Positions 1 to 8,921 of a stretch of DNA of 27,828 bases are shown here, piece by piece. Under the pieces are notes generated by a model. That model made no database searches and was not told where the DNA came from. It saw only the letters and a list, made by a program, of their open reading frames with translations. Source of the stretch: Armatimonadia bacterium. GTDB lineage: Bacteria; Armatimonadota; Zipacnadia; Zipacnadales; UBA11051. The stretch's first letter is position 1. Every line of letters starts with the position of its first letter. The stretch is taken from NCBI GenBank assembly GCA_039683575.1, contig JBDKRC010000254.1, positions 1 through 27,828 of the forward strand, in the 5' to 3' direction. The position numbers and the translations under genes were made by a program.

Positions 1-16
1 GGAGGACGTTGGTGGC

Positions 17-823
17 TTAGCCGGTTGCGGTGGTATAGTCGGCCACATATGCCTGCGTGATCGCACCGGCAGCATACTCCGCGGCGGCATGGACCCGGCC
101 GGCAAGGTCTACGGCGGCGAGGAGCAGGGCGTTGTCGAGGGCCGGGCGGAGGCTCTCGGGCGCGAACTCGCGAACCCACTTGAGGGCGACGTACTTGACG
201 GCATCAAGGGTAGGGCTGTGTCCCGACGGCAGCCCCTGAGTGTTGAGATAACGCAGCCATGCCGCGACCTGGGCGGCAGCACTGGTGGGGGCGGTGGTTC
301 CGAGGGCCGCGCCTACAGCGGCGCTGGCGGCAGCGCGCATCAGATAGCGGGTGTCATCCTGGATTCCGGCAGAGACCTTCGGAAGGGCACGTGAGATGGC
401 CTCCAGGGCAGCCTTCAGGCGGGCCTGGAGTTCCGGACCCAGAGCAGGCCCATCGTGGATGTAAAGGTGCGACAGCAGCGGGGCCAGGTAGAGCATTGCT
501 GTGTCTGAAGGCGTGACGCCAACCTGCCACGGGAACTGTCCCTGCTGAGCCCCCGTGGTAACCTGGAGATCCAGAAGCTTGCCAAGCATGATGCGCGCCT
601 GATCCAGATCCTGGCCGGTCTCGAAACAGGCGACAATATAGGCGCCGGTGCTCTCCGCAAGGTTCGGGGCGCCAGTAGCGTCTGCGATGAGACCAGAGGC
701 GTCGAGGTGGGCGCGACCGTACGCCATGACGGCGTCGACAGCGGGGCGGTCGGCATCGCGGAGGGCGAACGCCGGGATTGCCGAAAGCAGCAGGGCCAGG
801 GACAGGCAACGAAGCAGAGGCAT
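17..823 (-). CDS. Secreted hypothetical protein, mostly alpha-helical (possibly alpha/alpha-toroid-like); may be truncated at the 3' end
   Basis: ORF track gives 17..901. The ATG at 823 follows an AGGTGA RBS and opens a signal peptide (MPLLRCLSLALLLSAIPAFA). A TATAAT box at 893-898 (minus strand) lies inside the longer ORF, which favours the 823 start. Confidence 0.7.
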   Translation of the reverse strand: MPLLRCLSLALLLSAIPAFALRDADRPAVDAVMAYGRAHLDASGLIADATGAPNLAESTGAYIVACFETGQDLDQARIMLGKLLDLQVTTGAQQGQFPWQVGVTPSDTAMLYLAPLLSHLYIHDGPALGPELQARLKAALEAISRALPKVSAGIQDDTRYLMRAAASAAVGAALGTTAPTSAAAQVAAWLRYLNTQGLPSGHSPTLDAVKYVALKWVREFAPESLRPALDNALLLAAVDLAGRVHAAAEYAAGAITQAYVADYTTATG

Positions 824-892
824 GTTTTCACCTGGGGGAAGGGCAGAATCGTGAGAAGCTATGAGCCCGTGGCTGACAGCTTCACAGACATG

Positions 893-920
893 ATTATACA
901 CCAGCTTCCTGACTTGCGAA
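893..920 (-). promoter_or_regulatory. Putative sigma70 promoter for the leftward gene
   Basis: Minus strand TTCGCA-N16-TATAAT. Confidence 0.5.
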
Positions 921-1013
921 GCGGCTTTCGGTATTTGGACAACCCAACGGGCAGTTAGTTCGTCAGAAGGTATGTGAGACCTGCCCCGCAGGTGGGAACC
1001 GGGCGGGAATCAG

Positions 1014-1042
1014 TTGAAAAGCGGACCCGGATTTGGTACAAT
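1014..1042 (+). promoter_or_regulatory. sigma70 promoter of the 6S RNA
   Basis: TTGAAA(1014-1019)-N17-TACAAT(1037-1042) with an extended -10 TG. Confidence 0.75.
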
Positions 1043-1050
1043 AAGGCTCA

Positions 1051-1257
1051 GACGAGAACAACCCTGCGTTGTGCGTTACATGCCGAAAGTTTCTGGCCAA
1101 CACCCGCATCTGGGGAACCTGGCTTCACCGGCAGCGTGAAGGCCTTTCTCGGTCCCTTGCGGACCTTTTGAGGCGAACATCAAACCGGTGGGAGGGTACC
1201 CACCTTGATGATGGGTCCGAAACTGCTAGGATGGACGGCTCCTGTGGGGCCCTCGTC
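1051..1257 (+). ncRNA. ssrS: 6S RNA
   Basis: About 200 nt rod-like fold with paired ends: GACGAG 1051-56 with CTCGTC 1252-57, CCCTGCG with TGTGGGG, and GTGCGTT with GACGGC. It carries Firmicutes-type 6S motifs CCAACA..GGG and GAGGGTACCCACCT..GGGTCCGAAAC. It has a strong promoter upstream, a terminator downstream, and lies directly upstream of rarA. Confidence 0.85.
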
Positions 1258-1264
1258 GCTTGTA

Positions 1265-1331
1265 GGCGGTCACCAGCCGCACCCGAGGCGCTAAGGCGCG
1301 GCGGGATGCGTGGAGGTGGCCGTTTTTGTTT
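1265..1331 (+). terminator. Long GC-rich hairpin with T-tract; putative intrinsic terminator of the 6S RNA
   Basis: GGCGGTCACC pairs with GGTGGCCGTT, with inner CCGCACCCG/CGGGATGCG and GCGC-TAAG-GCGC, followed by TTTGTTT. Confidence 0.6.
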
Positions 1332-1382
1332 GTCAGGATAGGGGAGAGGGTGCCGGCAGGAGACGGGGCGAAAGGTAGTTCC

Positions 1383-2696
1383 ATGGGTAGTACCGCAAAT
1401 CTGTTTGGGCAGCCTGATCTGCAGAGCATGCCGCTGGCGGCGCGGATGCGGCCGCGGACTCTGGATGAGTTCGTGGGGCAGGAGCATTTGCTGGGGCCGG
1501 AAGCGCTGCTGCGGAAGGCCATAGAGAGCGATGCGCCGCCCTCGATGATCCTGTACGGCCCGGCAGGGTGTGGCAAGAGCACCCTGGCGATGATCATCGC
1601 CGGCATGACCAAGCACCATTTCGAGCCGCTGTCGGCGGTGGCGGCAGGTGTTAACGAGATCAAGGCCGTGGCCAAGGCGGCGCGGGAGCGGCGGGAGCTT
1701 CACGGCCGGCGGACCATAGTCTTCATTGATGAGATCCATCGGCTCAACAAGAGCCAGCAGGACTACCTGTTGCCCCATGTGGAGCAGGGCGTCTTCACGT
1801 TCATTGGCGCAACGACTGAGAACCCCTTTTTCAGCCTGACCACGCCACTTCGGTCCCGGTGCAGGTTGTATGCACTGGAGCCGCTCACCGCCGAGCAGGT
1901 GCAGGGCCTGCTTGAGCGGGCGCTTGCGGACGAGGAGCGTGGGTTGGGGAAGATGGCGGTGGTCGTGGCAGAGGAAGCGTTGCGGCATCTGGCGGAGGGG
2001 GCGAATGGCGACGTGCGGACGGCATTGGGAGCGCTGGAGCTTGCCGTGCTGACGGCGCAGGAGGATGAGCAGGGAGTACGGCGGGTGACGCTGGAGGCGG
2101 CGCAGGAAGCCCTGCAGCGCCCGGTTCTGAAGTATGACCGGGCCGGAGATGAGCACTACGATACCATCTCGGCATTCATTAAGTCCATGAGGGGCTCAGA
2201 CCCTGACGCGGCAGTCTACTGGCTGGCCAAGATGCTGGAGTCGGGGGAAGACCCCCGATTCATTGCCCGGCGGATCGTGATCCAGGCCGCGGAGGATGTG
2301 GGGCTGGCGGACCCGACAGCGCTGCGAGTTGCTATCGCCGCCGCCGATGCTGTAGAATACGTTGGGTTGCCCGAGGCGCAGATACCGCTGGCCATGGCCA
2401 CTATCCACCTGGCGACGGCGCCCAAAAGCAATTCGGCTTACCTGGCGATTGCGAAGGCACGGGAGGACGTGGCCAAGGAAGGCTCGGCAAAGGTACCTGA
2501 GCATCTTAGCAACGCGCCGGCAGTTGGGAAGAAGAAGGAAGCGTACAAGTACCCGCACGACTATCCTGGCGGCTGGGTGGGGCAGGAGTATCTGCCGCCG
2601 GGGTTGAGCGGGAAGAAGTATTACGTGCCCAAAGACAACCCGCGGGAGCGGCGGATCGCAGAGTATCTGGAGGGGCTGCGGGAACAGGACGATTAG
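1383..2696 (+). CDS. rarA: Replication-associated recombination protein A (MgsA/RarA AAA+ ATPase)
   Basis: PLAARMRP, Walker A GPAGCGKS, Walker B FIDEIHR, GATTENP, YDTISAFIKSMRGSDPDAA, YKYPHDY. Confidence 0.96.
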   Translation: MGSTANLFGQPDLQSMPLAARMRPRTLDEFVGQEHLLGPEALLRKAIESDAPPSMILYGPAGCGKSTLAMIIAGMTKHHFEPLSAVAAGVNEIKAVAKAARERRELHGRRTIVFIDEIHRLNKSQQDYLLPHVEQGVFTFIGATTENPFFSLTTPLRSRCRLYALEPLTAEQVQGLLERALADEERGLGKMAVVVAEEALRHLAEGANGDVRTALGALELAVLTAQEDEQGVRRVTLEAAQEALQRPVLKYDRAGDEHYDTISAFIKSMRGSDPDAAVYWLAKMLESGEDPRFIARRIVIQAAEDVGLADPTALRVAIAAADAVEYVGLPEAQIPLAMATIHLATAPKSNSAYLAIAKAREDVAKEGSAKVPEHLSNAPAVGKKKEAYKYPHDYPGGWVGQEYLPPGLSGKKYYVPKDNPRERRIAEYLEGLREQDD

Positions 2697-2768
2697 GCTG
2701 GCGAGCTGGCGGGGCGGGGGTGAGGGGCCAGACGCCCGTCCCAACACCGATCGGTTAGGGGAACGAAT

Positions 2769-3137
2769 GTGAAGACCAAGAAGACACCGCTGGGTAGTGA
2801 AGGGGCCTTATTTGCGCTGTACGGGGAGTTGGACGCATTTACAGGCCCGCCGCTGCGCGAGGAGTTGGGGGAGGCGGTGGAGCAGGGGGCCCGGTTTCTG
2901 GTCCTGGACATGTCTCAGGTCGAGTATATGGACAGCGTTGGACTGGGGATCATTGTGGGGGCGGTTAAGCGGACGCGGGAGCAACAGGGGAATCTGGCGG
3001 TGGTAGGCCCGCAGGCTAATGTGCTGCGGGTTTTCGAGGTCTCTGGGACCAAGGACCTGCTCAATGTGGTGAGAACGCTGGAGGAGGCGAAGGGGCGGCT
3101 GAAGGGCCTGCAGATCGATGACGTGGAGGGTCAGTGA
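2769..3137 (+). CDS. rsbV: Anti-anti-sigma factor (STAS domain, RsbV/SpoIIAA-like)
   Basis: GELD..T, LDMSQVEYMDSVGLG containing the phosphorylatable Ser; lies upstream of the anti-sigma and sigma genes. Confidence 0.88.
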   Translation: MKTKKTPLGSEGALFALYGELDAFTGPPLREELGEAVEQGARFLVLDMSQVEYMDSVGLGIIVGAVKRTREQQGNLAVVGPQANVLRVFEVSGTKDLLNVVRTLEEAKGRLKGLQIDDVEGQ

Positions 3138-3138
3138 A

Positions 3139-3573
3139 ATGAGCTCCCTCGAGCGTGATACCGTTGAAATGAGAATCCCATGCGAGCCGCGGTTCTTGTC
3201 CGTGGTGCGGCTTGCAGTGTCGGGCGCGGCGGCGCGGGCAGGACTTGGCATCAGCGAGGTGGATGATCTGAAAGTAGCCACCTCGGAGGCCTGCACCAAC
3301 GTCATCGAGCACGCGTATCCTGAAGGCAGCGCCGCGTGTGGCCCAATTGGCATCCGCATGGTCGTCCGGGAGGGGGAGCTGCGAGTGGAGGTTGAGGATC
3401 AGGGGGTGGGCTTCGACCCCAAGCGTCTACCCAAGGTGGAGCCGGAGGAACGGGTGATGGAGGAAGGGGGCCTCGGGATCTACCTGATGCACAACCTCAT
3501 GGACGAGGTGAAGATCGAGAGTGCCCCTGGTAGCGGCACGAAGGTTGTGCTGGTCAAGCGGGCGGCGAGGTGA
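3139..3573 (+). CDS. rsbW: Anti-sigma factor Ser/Thr kinase (RsbW-like)
   Basis: VVRLAVSG, LKVATSEACTNVIEHAY, VEDQGVGFD, GGLGIYLMHNLMDEV (HATPase fold motifs). Confidence 0.92.
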   Translation: MSSLERDTVEMRIPCEPRFLSVVRLAVSGAAARAGLGISEVDDLKVATSEACTNVIEHAYPEGSAACGPIGIRMVVREGELRVEVEDQGVGFDPKRLPKVEPEERVMEEGGLGIYLMHNLMDEVKIESAPGSGTKVVLVKRAAR

Positions 3574-4334
3574 CCGGAGTGCAATCTCGGTGGGAGGGCA
3601 TGAGCACTGGCGATCTGTTCGCCGAGCTGCGGGAGACGAATGACCCGCGGCTACGGGACTTTCTGATCGAGCGCCATGAGGGGCTGGTGCGGCACGTCGC
3701 GCGACATTATCTGAACTCCGGCGAGTCCTTTGATGATATAGTTAGTGTAGGTCACCTGGGGCTGGTCAACGCGGTCGACCGCTTTGACCCGGAGCGGGGG
3801 ACCAAATTCGCCACTTTTGCCGTACCCACCATCAAGGGTGAGATTAGGCGCTATTTCCGAGACAGGACATGGGGCTTGCGGGTGCCGCGGCGCATCCAGG
3901 AGCTGTCCATGAAGGCACGCCAAGCCCTGGAAGACTTGACGCAGCGCTGCGGGCGGTCACCCACATACGCGGAATTGGCTGAGCAACTTGGGGTGTCTGA
4001 AGAGGAAGCTATCGAGGCGATTGAGGTCGGGCGGCAGTATGAGCTGCTGAGCATCGATGCCACGGGCCAGGATGAGGATGGCGAGGGCGGTCAGAGCGCC
4101 GCGGACCGGCATGGCGGCATGGATGAGGACCTCGAGAGCCTGGGGCAGCGTGCGGAGGTGGCGTGGGGGCTCAAGCAGTTGCCACCCCGGCAGAGACTGA
4201 TCCTGGTGATGAGGTTCGACCTGGACATGTCGCAGCAGGATGTGGGGGAGAGGCTGGGGATATCGCAGATGCACGTATCGCGGCTCCAGCAGAAGGCGTT
4301 GCTGCGGCTTAAGCAGATCATGCAGAGGGATTAG
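3570..4334 (+). CDS. sigB: RNA polymerase sigma factor, SigB/SigF/SigG family
   Basis: GLVNAVDRFDPERGTKFATFAVPTIKGEIRRYFRD, RVPRRIQEL, region 4.2 ISQMHVSRL; GTGA overlap with the rsbW stop. Confidence 0.9.
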   Translation: MTGVQSRWEGMSTGDLFAELRETNDPRLRDFLIERHEGLVRHVARHYLNSGESFDDIVSVGHLGLVNAVDRFDPERGTKFATFAVPTIKGEIRRYFRDRTWGLRVPRRIQELSMKARQALEDLTQRCGRSPTYAELAEQLGVSEEEAIEAIEVGRQYELLSIDATGQDEDGEGGQSAADRHGGMDEDLESLGQRAEVAWGLKQLPPRQRLILVMRFDLDMSQQDVGERLGISQMHVSRLQQKALLRLKQIMQRD

Positions 4335-4402
4335 CAAAGCTGGGGGGCCGGGTGGACCACGATCCAGGCTAGGCCAGGCAGAGCCGGGCTTCCCACTTGA
4401 AC

Positions 4403-5719
4403 ATGATGGCGGGATCCATGACTACACGTATCTGGTGGCAGGCTGTCGGTGCGATCGTTGTAGGGCTATGTATCACGCTGGTCCTGCGTTGGGTGTTCAT
4501 CAACAACCTGACCGTCTTCACGCTGTTTGCACTCGGCTGGCTGGTAGCCTGGGTCATGGATCCGCTGCTGGATGCCATGGAACGGCGGCGTATGCCACGT
4601 GTCGTGGCAGTGTGGATGGTGACGCTGGGCTTCCTGGTCATCATCGCCGTTACCGGGATACTGATCGTGCCCCTGGTGGTGGCGCAGGTTCAGGACGCGG
4701 CGGCGAACTGGCGCGAATACTCCGCCACCGGCGAGAGGACGTATCAGGTCTGGCGGCAGCACATAGAGGCCTATGCGCAGCATAGGCTGCCCAATGTGGA
4801 TGTCACGGGTTTCTTTGATGCGAAGGTAACGGAGCTTACGACGTGGCTGGGCGCTCACGTGCCGACAATGCTGCAGTGGGTGAGCCAGGGGCTCTTGGCC
4901 TCGGTGGGAGTAGTGGGCGCAGCGGCCTTCCTGCTGATCATCAGCTTCCATTTCATGAATGTCATCGACCCGCTGCGCAGAAGCATCAAAGCGATGCTGC
5001 CGCCCTCGGCCGACCGTGAGATGGAGCAGGTGGGCACGCAGATCAACCGGATGCTGGGGCAGTATCTGCGCGGCATCATACTGGTCAGCGTCATGGCCGG
5101 CCTCAGCGCAACTTTGCTGCTCTCCATCATAGGCTTCCTGTTCCATACGAAGTACGCGCTGATTATTGGGATCATAACCGGCGTGACGTACGTAATTCCG
5201 TATCTGGGCCCCCTGATTAGCGCCCTCAGCGCCGGGTTCTTCGGGTATGTAACCAGCTCAGGCGTGTCGCCCTGGCTTCCCTGCCTGGCATCAATCGGCG
5301 CCATGTACGCTGTCAACCAGGTCTTCGATAACGCGGTGACGCCGCGCGTGGTGGGGCAGAAGGTCGGTCTGCATCCGCTGGTGATCCTGTTCGCGGCCAT
5401 GGCGGGGTTCTCGTTGTTCGGCATACCCGGTATGATCATTGCCACACCGGCGGCGGCGAGCATCAAGATCCTGATGGCGCGTTGGCTGCCAATCAAGGGC
5501 ATGGATTTCGCGGCGCCGTGCACGAAACGGAAGCTTGAGATTGACCTCCCGGCCTCGATCAACCTGGTCGGGCGAAGCGTAGTGAAGTTGGGGAAGGACA
5601 TCGAGGGCGTTTTGCGGCACTCGGAGGAGATTGAGCAGCCGCCCGACCAGGAGAAGCTGCCGCTGGAGGGTGTGGAAGAAGACAGAGACGTGCCTGAGGT
5701 TCGTGCGGAGGACGAGTAG
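4403..5719 (+). CDS. AI-2E family transporter (PerM/TqsA-like)
   Basis: Multiple TM segments; QYLRG, IPYLGP, NQVFDNAVTPRVVGQKVGLHP, GIPGMIIATP motifs. The start is uncertain (4397, 4403 or 4418). Confidence 0.9.
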   Translation: MMAGSMTTRIWWQAVGAIVVGLCITLVLRWVFINNLTVFTLFALGWLVAWVMDPLLDAMERRRMPRVVAVWMVTLGFLVIIAVTGILIVPLVVAQVQDAAANWREYSATGERTYQVWRQHIEAYAQHRLPNVDVTGFFDAKVTELTTWLGAHVPTMLQWVSQGLLASVGVVGAAAFLLIISFHFMNVIDPLRRSIKAMLPPSADREMEQVGTQINRMLGQYLRGIILVSVMAGLSATLLLSIIGFLFHTKYALIIGIITGVTYVIPYLGPLISALSAGFFGYVTSSGVSPWLPCLASIGAMYAVNQVFDNAVTPRVVGQKVGLHPLVILFAAMAGFSLFGIPGMIIATPAAASIKILMARWLPIKGMDFAAPCTKRKLEIDLPASINLVGRSVVKLGKDIEGVLRHSEEIEQPPDQEKLPLEGVEEDRDVPEVRAEDE

Positions 5720-5820
5720 TGTTTTCTGAGCCGTCGCGCCATTTCCGGTATCTTTTGGGGGCCCAGTGGGCCCCGTCACATTCTGGTTTGCATGCCAAGG
5801 AATAGGGGTTAGTCGCCGAT

Positions 5821-8454
5821 ATGCCTACGACGCATGAGATCCGACAGCTTTTCCTGGGATTCTTTGAGGAACGCGGGCACCTGGTGCGACCCAGCGCGCC
5901 GCTGGTGTTGCCCGATGATGCCACCAGCCTTTTCACCAGCGCCGGGATGCAGCCGTATATGGCCGCGTACCGCGGCGAAGAGGCGCCTCCGGCACCGCGG
6001 GTTACGAGCATCCAGAAGTGTAACCGCACCAATGACCTCGAGGGTGTGGGCGTCCACAACCGCTATGCCACGTTCTTCGAGATGCTCGGTAATTTCTCGT
6101 TCGGCGACTATTTCAAAGAGGGCGCCATCGACTTTGCGTGGGAGTTCTTCCATGACGTGCTGAAGCTGCCCACGGAGCGGCTTTGGTTCACGGTCTACAC
6201 GGATGACGACGAGACCGAGGAAATCTGGCACAAGCGTATCGGCATCCCCCGCGGGAGGATCATGCGTTTCGGCCGGAGCGACAACTGGTGGCCGAAGGCG
6301 CAGTGGGAGGGGCCGTGCGGGCCTTGCACCGAAATTCACATAGATCTCGGAGAGCATTTGTCCTGCGAGCGTGATGACTGTCGGGTTAACTGCGAGTGCG
6401 ACCGCTACCTTGAACTGTGGAACCTCGTGTTCCAGATGTACACCGAGGCGCCGGACGGTGCGCTGACGCCGCTGCCGCGGGCGGGTGTGGATACAGGCAT
6501 GGGCCTCGAGCGGCTGGCGATGGTGCTGCAGGAGAAGAACTACGTCACCGAGACGACCGAGTTGTTCCAGATCTGCACCGCGATCGCGGACGCGATCGGC
6601 AAGCAGCGAGGCAGGGCGCTGAAGTATGGTGAGGACGCCGAGGCTGACTTGGCGCTGCGGATCATAACCGACCACCTGCGCGCCTCAGCCTTCATCATGG
6701 CGGATGGCACCGTGCCGAGCAGCGAGGGAGCGGGATATGTGCTGCGGCGGTTCATCCGGCGCGCCTACCGCTTTGGGCGGCAGGTTGGGGCGACGAAGCC
6801 CTTCTTGCACGAGGCGATCCCAGCGGTGGCCACAGCCATGGAGGCGGCCTACCCCGAACTGCGCGAGAAGTCGGAGTTCGCGGTCAGCCTTATGCGGAGC
6901 GAAGAGGAACGGTTTGCCTCGACGCTGGAGCAGGGGATGGGACTGTTCGAGGAGATTGTGGACGGGCTGCAGGGCAAGGTAATTCCCGGCGAGCGCGCGT
7001 TCACGCTGTACGACACCTACGGCTTCCCGCTGGAGCTGACCATGGAGTTGGCCGCGGAGCGAGGGCTGGAGGTCGATGATCAGGCGTTCACGGCGGCCAT
7101 GGAGGAGCAGCGGGTGCGGTCACGTGGTACGGCCGTCGGGCTGGCCGGGGCGCGTGATATGGAGTTGGGCGCAAACCTGCCCCCGACGGAGTTCCTCGGC
7201 TATGAGACCGCGGCGGCAGAGGTGGAAGCACTGGTCTTTGTGAGCGGCGGAAAGCTCGTGGACGGGCTGACGGAGGGTGAAGAGGGCGGCGTGGTACTCG
7301 ACCAGACGCCATTCTACGCCGAGCGCGGCGGGCAGCTCGGCGACGAAGGTCAGATCATCTTCACCGAGGGGCAGTTCGAGGTCACTAAGACCGTCGCGCT
7401 GGGTGACACGGTAGTACACTACGGGACGATGACGAGCGGCTTCACCAAGCCGGAACGCGTCATCGCGGAGGTGGAGCCGACGCGGCGGCGGTCAATCTGC
7501 GCGAACCACACGGCCACGCATCTGCTGCACGAGGCCCTGCGGCAGGCCCTGGGCACGCATGTGGACCAGGCGGGCTCGCTGGTCGCGCCGGACAGGCTGC
7601 GGTTTGACTTCACCCACCACGAAGCAGTGGGCCATGACGTCCTCAGTCGGGTTGAAGATCAGGTGAACGAGTGGGTGCTGGCCGACCTGCCGGTGCATAC
7701 CGCGCTGATGAACTTCAATGAGGCGCGCGAGGCAGGAGCGCGGGCACTTTTCACCGAGAAGTATGGCGACGTCGTGCGGACGGTAAAGGTCCAGGACGTG
7801 AGCATGGAGCTGTGCGGCGGCACGCACTGCGGCAGCACCGGCCAGATCGGCTCGATCCGGATCGTGTCCGAAAGCAGCATTGCTGCGGGCGTACGGCGCA
7901 TTGAAGCCGTGACCGGGCTTGTGGCGGTGCAGCATGCGAGGCACCAGGAAGAGCAGCTTCAGGCCGTGGCCAAAACGCTGAGTTGCACTGTGGATGAGGT
8001 GCCCTATCGTGTGGCGGGCCTGCAGATGCGCGTCAGCGAGCTTCAGCATGAACTGAAGCAGGCGCGGCAGGGCCGGGCGGCGGTGGATGTGGACGCGCTT
8101 GTAGGGACGGCGGCGCAGGTTGGGGAGATCAAGGTGGTGGGGCAGGAAGTGCCGCAGGTGGATGCCGACACGCTTAGCGGGCTTGTTGACCAGGTGGCCG
8201 AGAAGCTTGGGGAGGGTGTCGTGGTGCTGGCCACGGTCGAGGATGAGAAGGTCGTGTTCATCGCCAAGGCGAGTGACGGAGCGGTCGCCGCAGGAGCGCA
8301 TGCGGGCAACCTGGTGAAGCAATTGGCGACGGCGTGCGGCGGTGGGGGCGGCGGGCGGCCGCAGTTTGCGCGGGCGGGCGGTAAGGACGCCACGAAGCTG
8401 GCGGAGTCTCTGGGTACGGTGGCGGAGATCGTGAAGGCGCAAGTCGGAGCCTGA
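5821..8454 (+). CDS. alaS: Alanine--tRNA ligase
   Basis: FFEMLGNFSFGDYFK, DTGMGLER, LYDTYGFP, TPFYAERGGQ, editing-domain NHTATH and ELCGGTH, C-terminal GGGGGRP. Confidence 0.99.
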   Translation: MPTTHEIRQLFLGFFEERGHLVRPSAPLVLPDDATSLFTSAGMQPYMAAYRGEEAPPAPRVTSIQKCNRTNDLEGVGVHNRYATFFEMLGNFSFGDYFKEGAIDFAWEFFHDVLKLPTERLWFTVYTDDDETEEIWHKRIGIPRGRIMRFGRSDNWWPKAQWEGPCGPCTEIHIDLGEHLSCERDDCRVNCECDRYLELWNLVFQMYTEAPDGALTPLPRAGVDTGMGLERLAMVLQEKNYVTETTELFQICTAIADAIGKQRGRALKYGEDAEADLALRIITDHLRASAFIMADGTVPSSEGAGYVLRRFIRRAYRFGRQVGATKPFLHEAIPAVATAMEAAYPELREKSEFAVSLMRSEEERFASTLEQGMGLFEEIVDGLQGKVIPGERAFTLYDTYGFPLELTMELAAERGLEVDDQAFTAAMEEQRVRSRGTAVGLAGARDMELGANLPPTEFLGYETAAAEVEALVFVSGGKLVDGLTEGEEGGVVLDQTPFYAERGGQLGDEGQIIFTEGQFEVTKTVALGDTVVHYGTMTSGFTKPERVIAEVEPTRRRSICANHTATHLLHEALRQALGTHVDQAGSLVAPDRLRFDFTHHEAVGHDVLSRVEDQVNEWVLADLPVHTALMNFNEAREAGARALFTEKYGDVVRTVKVQDVSMELCGGTHCGSTGQIGSIRIVSESSIAAGVRRIEAVTGLVAVQHARHQEEQLQAVAKTLSCTVDEVPYRVAGLQMRVSELQHELKQARQGRAAVDVDALVGTAAQVGEIKVVGQEVPQVDADTLSGLVDQVAEKLGEGVVVLATVEDEKVVFIAKASDGAVAAGAHAGNLVKQLATACGGGGGGRPQFARAGGKDATKLAESLGTVAEIVKAQVGA

Positions 8455-8480
8455 GAGCGCGAATTGCCAGTTGGTGAGTA

Positions 8481-8921
8481 ATGCGGTATATGGGTGTTGA
8501 TCTGGGCAGCAAACGCATCCGGATCGCGCTTTCTGATCCCGGTGGAACCTTCGCCTCGCCTTTGACTGTGGTGGCACGCAAGGGAGGGCGGCAGGACCTG
8601 CAGGAAGTGGCTGACCTGGCGAAAGACTACCAGGCCGACCTGATCGTGGTAGGGCTGCCGCTGAACCTCAAGGGGGAGAGTTCGGTGGCGGCGGAGAATA
8701 TGGCGCGGGAGATCGCACAGCTTCGGGAGCTCTCGCGGGTGCCGGTGGAGACCTATGACGAGCGGTTGACATCGGCGGCGGCGGCGAAGGTGTTGATCGG
8801 CGGGGGAATGAAGCGTGAGCAGCGGAAAGATAACATTGATAAGGTAGCTGCGGCGATGTTGCTGCAGTCGTACCTGGATCGCATAAGGCTCAAGAATGCG
8901 GCGGAGCAACAAGAACAGTAA
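8481..8921 (+). CDS. ruvX: YqgF/RuvX nuclease (pre-16S rRNA maturation; Holliday junction resolvase-like)
   Basis: GVDLGSKRI, VVGLP, DERLTS, IDKVAAAMLLQSYLD; follows alaS. Confidence 0.95.
   Translation: MRYMGVDLGSKRIRIALSDPGGTFASPLTVVARKGGRQDLQEVADLAKDYQADLIVVGLPLNLKGESSVAAENMAREIAQLRELSRVPVETYDERLTSAAAAKVLIGGGMKREQRKDNIDKVAAAMLLQSYLDRIRLKNAAEQQEQ

Noticed and set aside
1069-1341. 90-aa and 65-aa ORFs upstream of rarA
   Set aside because: They overlap the 6S-like RNA, its promoter and terminator, and show no protein features
5720-5820. T-box riboswitch before alaS
   Set aside because: The gap is only about 100 nt and has no T-box consensus or terminator
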